64,000 bases of DNA from Sphyrna mokarran. Its lineage: Eukaryota. The stretch covers positions 8,680,001-8,744,000 of the forward strand of contig JAGIQG010000020.1 of NCBI GenBank assembly GCA_024679065.1, read 5' to 3'. The notes below the pieces were generated by a model that was not told where the DNA came from, did not search any database, and saw only the letters and a program-made list of their open reading frames with translations. Made by a program: the position numbers and the translations under genes. Position 1 is the stretch's first letter, and each line of letters opens with the position of its first letter. Of this stretch, positions 62,331-64,000 are shown piece by piece.

Positions 62331-64000
62331 ATGCAAAATTCGATAGATCCCTGATTGAAAAAAGGCCCAGAGAGCATATTGGTGGACCGAATGTGGGATT
62401 CCGCCCACGATCTCATCAGTCACGATCTTCGGCCTGATCTTCGTTCCAATTTATATGATCGTATGATTCGTATTTGTGCCCTTTTTATGTATTTTTATCC
62501 TATCAAATTTCTGAACCTTCGGATCCATAAATGTGGCGCTGGCAGCATTAGCTTTAGTGAATGACGAGGAAAGGAAGTGAGAGTAACACCTTTAGTGGCA
62601 CTGGGTTCTTACTGCTTCTAATCATTCAGATTTTCTGATGTGGGCATTCACCATTAAAAAAGGGAACTCATTGAACATCCAAATTAATTGACAATACCTA
62701 ATGAGAATATTCTGAAAACGACTTTTATGTCCGAATCCCTATTTTCCAAGTGTCCCTGTATTTTTGCCAGGAATTGATATTTTGAGGTCGTTTTCGCCGC
62801 GCACACACTCCATGTGCAATATTGCCATCTGCTGGTTCAGCCGCGAAACGCGCACAGGTTCATTGGGATTCGTTTTGGACTTCTTTCATCTATTGTGAGA
62901 AGTCCAATAGAAAGCAGGGAGAATAAAATGACAATTATAACATAAAATTTAGGATAAATTCGGGAGATCTGGTAGCACTTTTGAAGAGAGAAACACAATT
63001 TCTGCACGAGGGTTATTCGCACTGCTGTGTTCGGTGACACTGTGTTCAGTGTCTAGTAAAATAAGCGTAAATCCGGTTCGTACTTTTATGATGCATTTCA
63101 AACGTTTCGAAGACAGTTGGAGGCACAGCCTCAAACAAGGAAGCAGAACTAACACTGTAAAGCATGTCGACACTGTACTCCGGCGACTAATTGCCGGATT
63201 AGTATTGTAGAGTTCTGGAACAAGCAATGATTGTAAATCCTATCATGGTATCTGGCAATAAATATCGAACAAAAACATTTATAATAATGTTAACCATGAA
63301 ACTATTGAATTGCTGGAAAAAATCGTTTCATTGACATCATTCTGGGCAGGAAATCTGCCATCCTTATTGAATACATTTTTGTGACTCCACGTTTTCCATC
63401 GCGAAAAAGATATTGATGTCTGAGGACACGGATCAACCAAGTTAATAACAGCTTCTTCCCTGCTGCACTCAGACTTTTGAATGGACGTATCTCCTATTGA
63501 ATTGATGTTTCTCTAACCCCAGCTTTGACTGTTACACTATATTCTGCAATCTCTCCTTTCCTATGAACGGTATGCTTTGTCGGTAAAGCATGTAAGAAAA
63601 AATACTTGTCACTGTATAGTATTATATAAAACAATAATAAATCAAGTCAAATCATAAACATTTGTGCTGTTAGGGAAACATATCCACAATACGTGATCAG
63701 CCATATTGCTGACACGCTGTTAGCAGTTCTCTTGATAATGAACCTCCTGACCAGATTGGTTTACGTGTTACAGAAAAAGCCCGTTCACCTGAAATGTTTT
63801 CAAAAATAACAGCGAAGGGCAAAGCGGCAGTGGCGCAAGTTTTATTTCAATTTACGGAGGTAATTTCAGATGACATTTAGATGCCAGGAATGAAGGAGTT
63901 TGGGGGAAGAAGAGGCGAGTATTAGAGCGTATGTAAAACGTAGCAGAACGCAAGAACATAACTGGTACTATACTAAAAACTTACCATTACTTATATAAAT

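Noticed and set aside
86-63227. Numerous 60-150 aa ORFs in the six-frame track
   Set aside because: Antisense or shifted frames of SINEs, LINEs and real exons, or chance ORFs without motifs or splice support

Overview
Vertebrate genomic DNA, almost certainly from a shark or other elasmobranch (HE1/V-SINEs, CR1 LINEs, a germline-joined lambda-type light chain). Gene order: the last seven coding exons of a septin-5 gene (+, 4023-20911; its 5' exons lie outside the window), the single main coding exon of platelet/thrombocyte GP1BB (+, 32317-32904), an orphan frameshifted Ig lambda constant pseudo-exon (+, ~42439-42754), and a complete immunoglobulin lambda-type (type II/NS3-like) light-chain gene with V and J already fused (-, leader 56476-56428, VJ 56288-55944, C 51753-51431, octamer promoter). 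The rest is mostly retroelements: CR1 LINEs, Rex1/Babar fragments, V-SINEs, one Deu-type SINE and Penelope-like remnants with minimal hammerhead ribozyme motifs. Main observations: (1) a CR1 family, present in four copies, whose 3' UTR contains a captured V-SINE and a predicted folded RNA element; (2) a perfect 132-bp palindrome that folds back exactly at the hammerhead AGCT loop; (3) a gene-conversion-like tract in the C pseudo-exon; (4) SEPT5-GP1BB-IgL linkage reminiscent of human 22q11; (5) a sharp change in CpG density near 30 kb. Family names come from recalled sequences, not database searches, and repeat boundaries are approximate.
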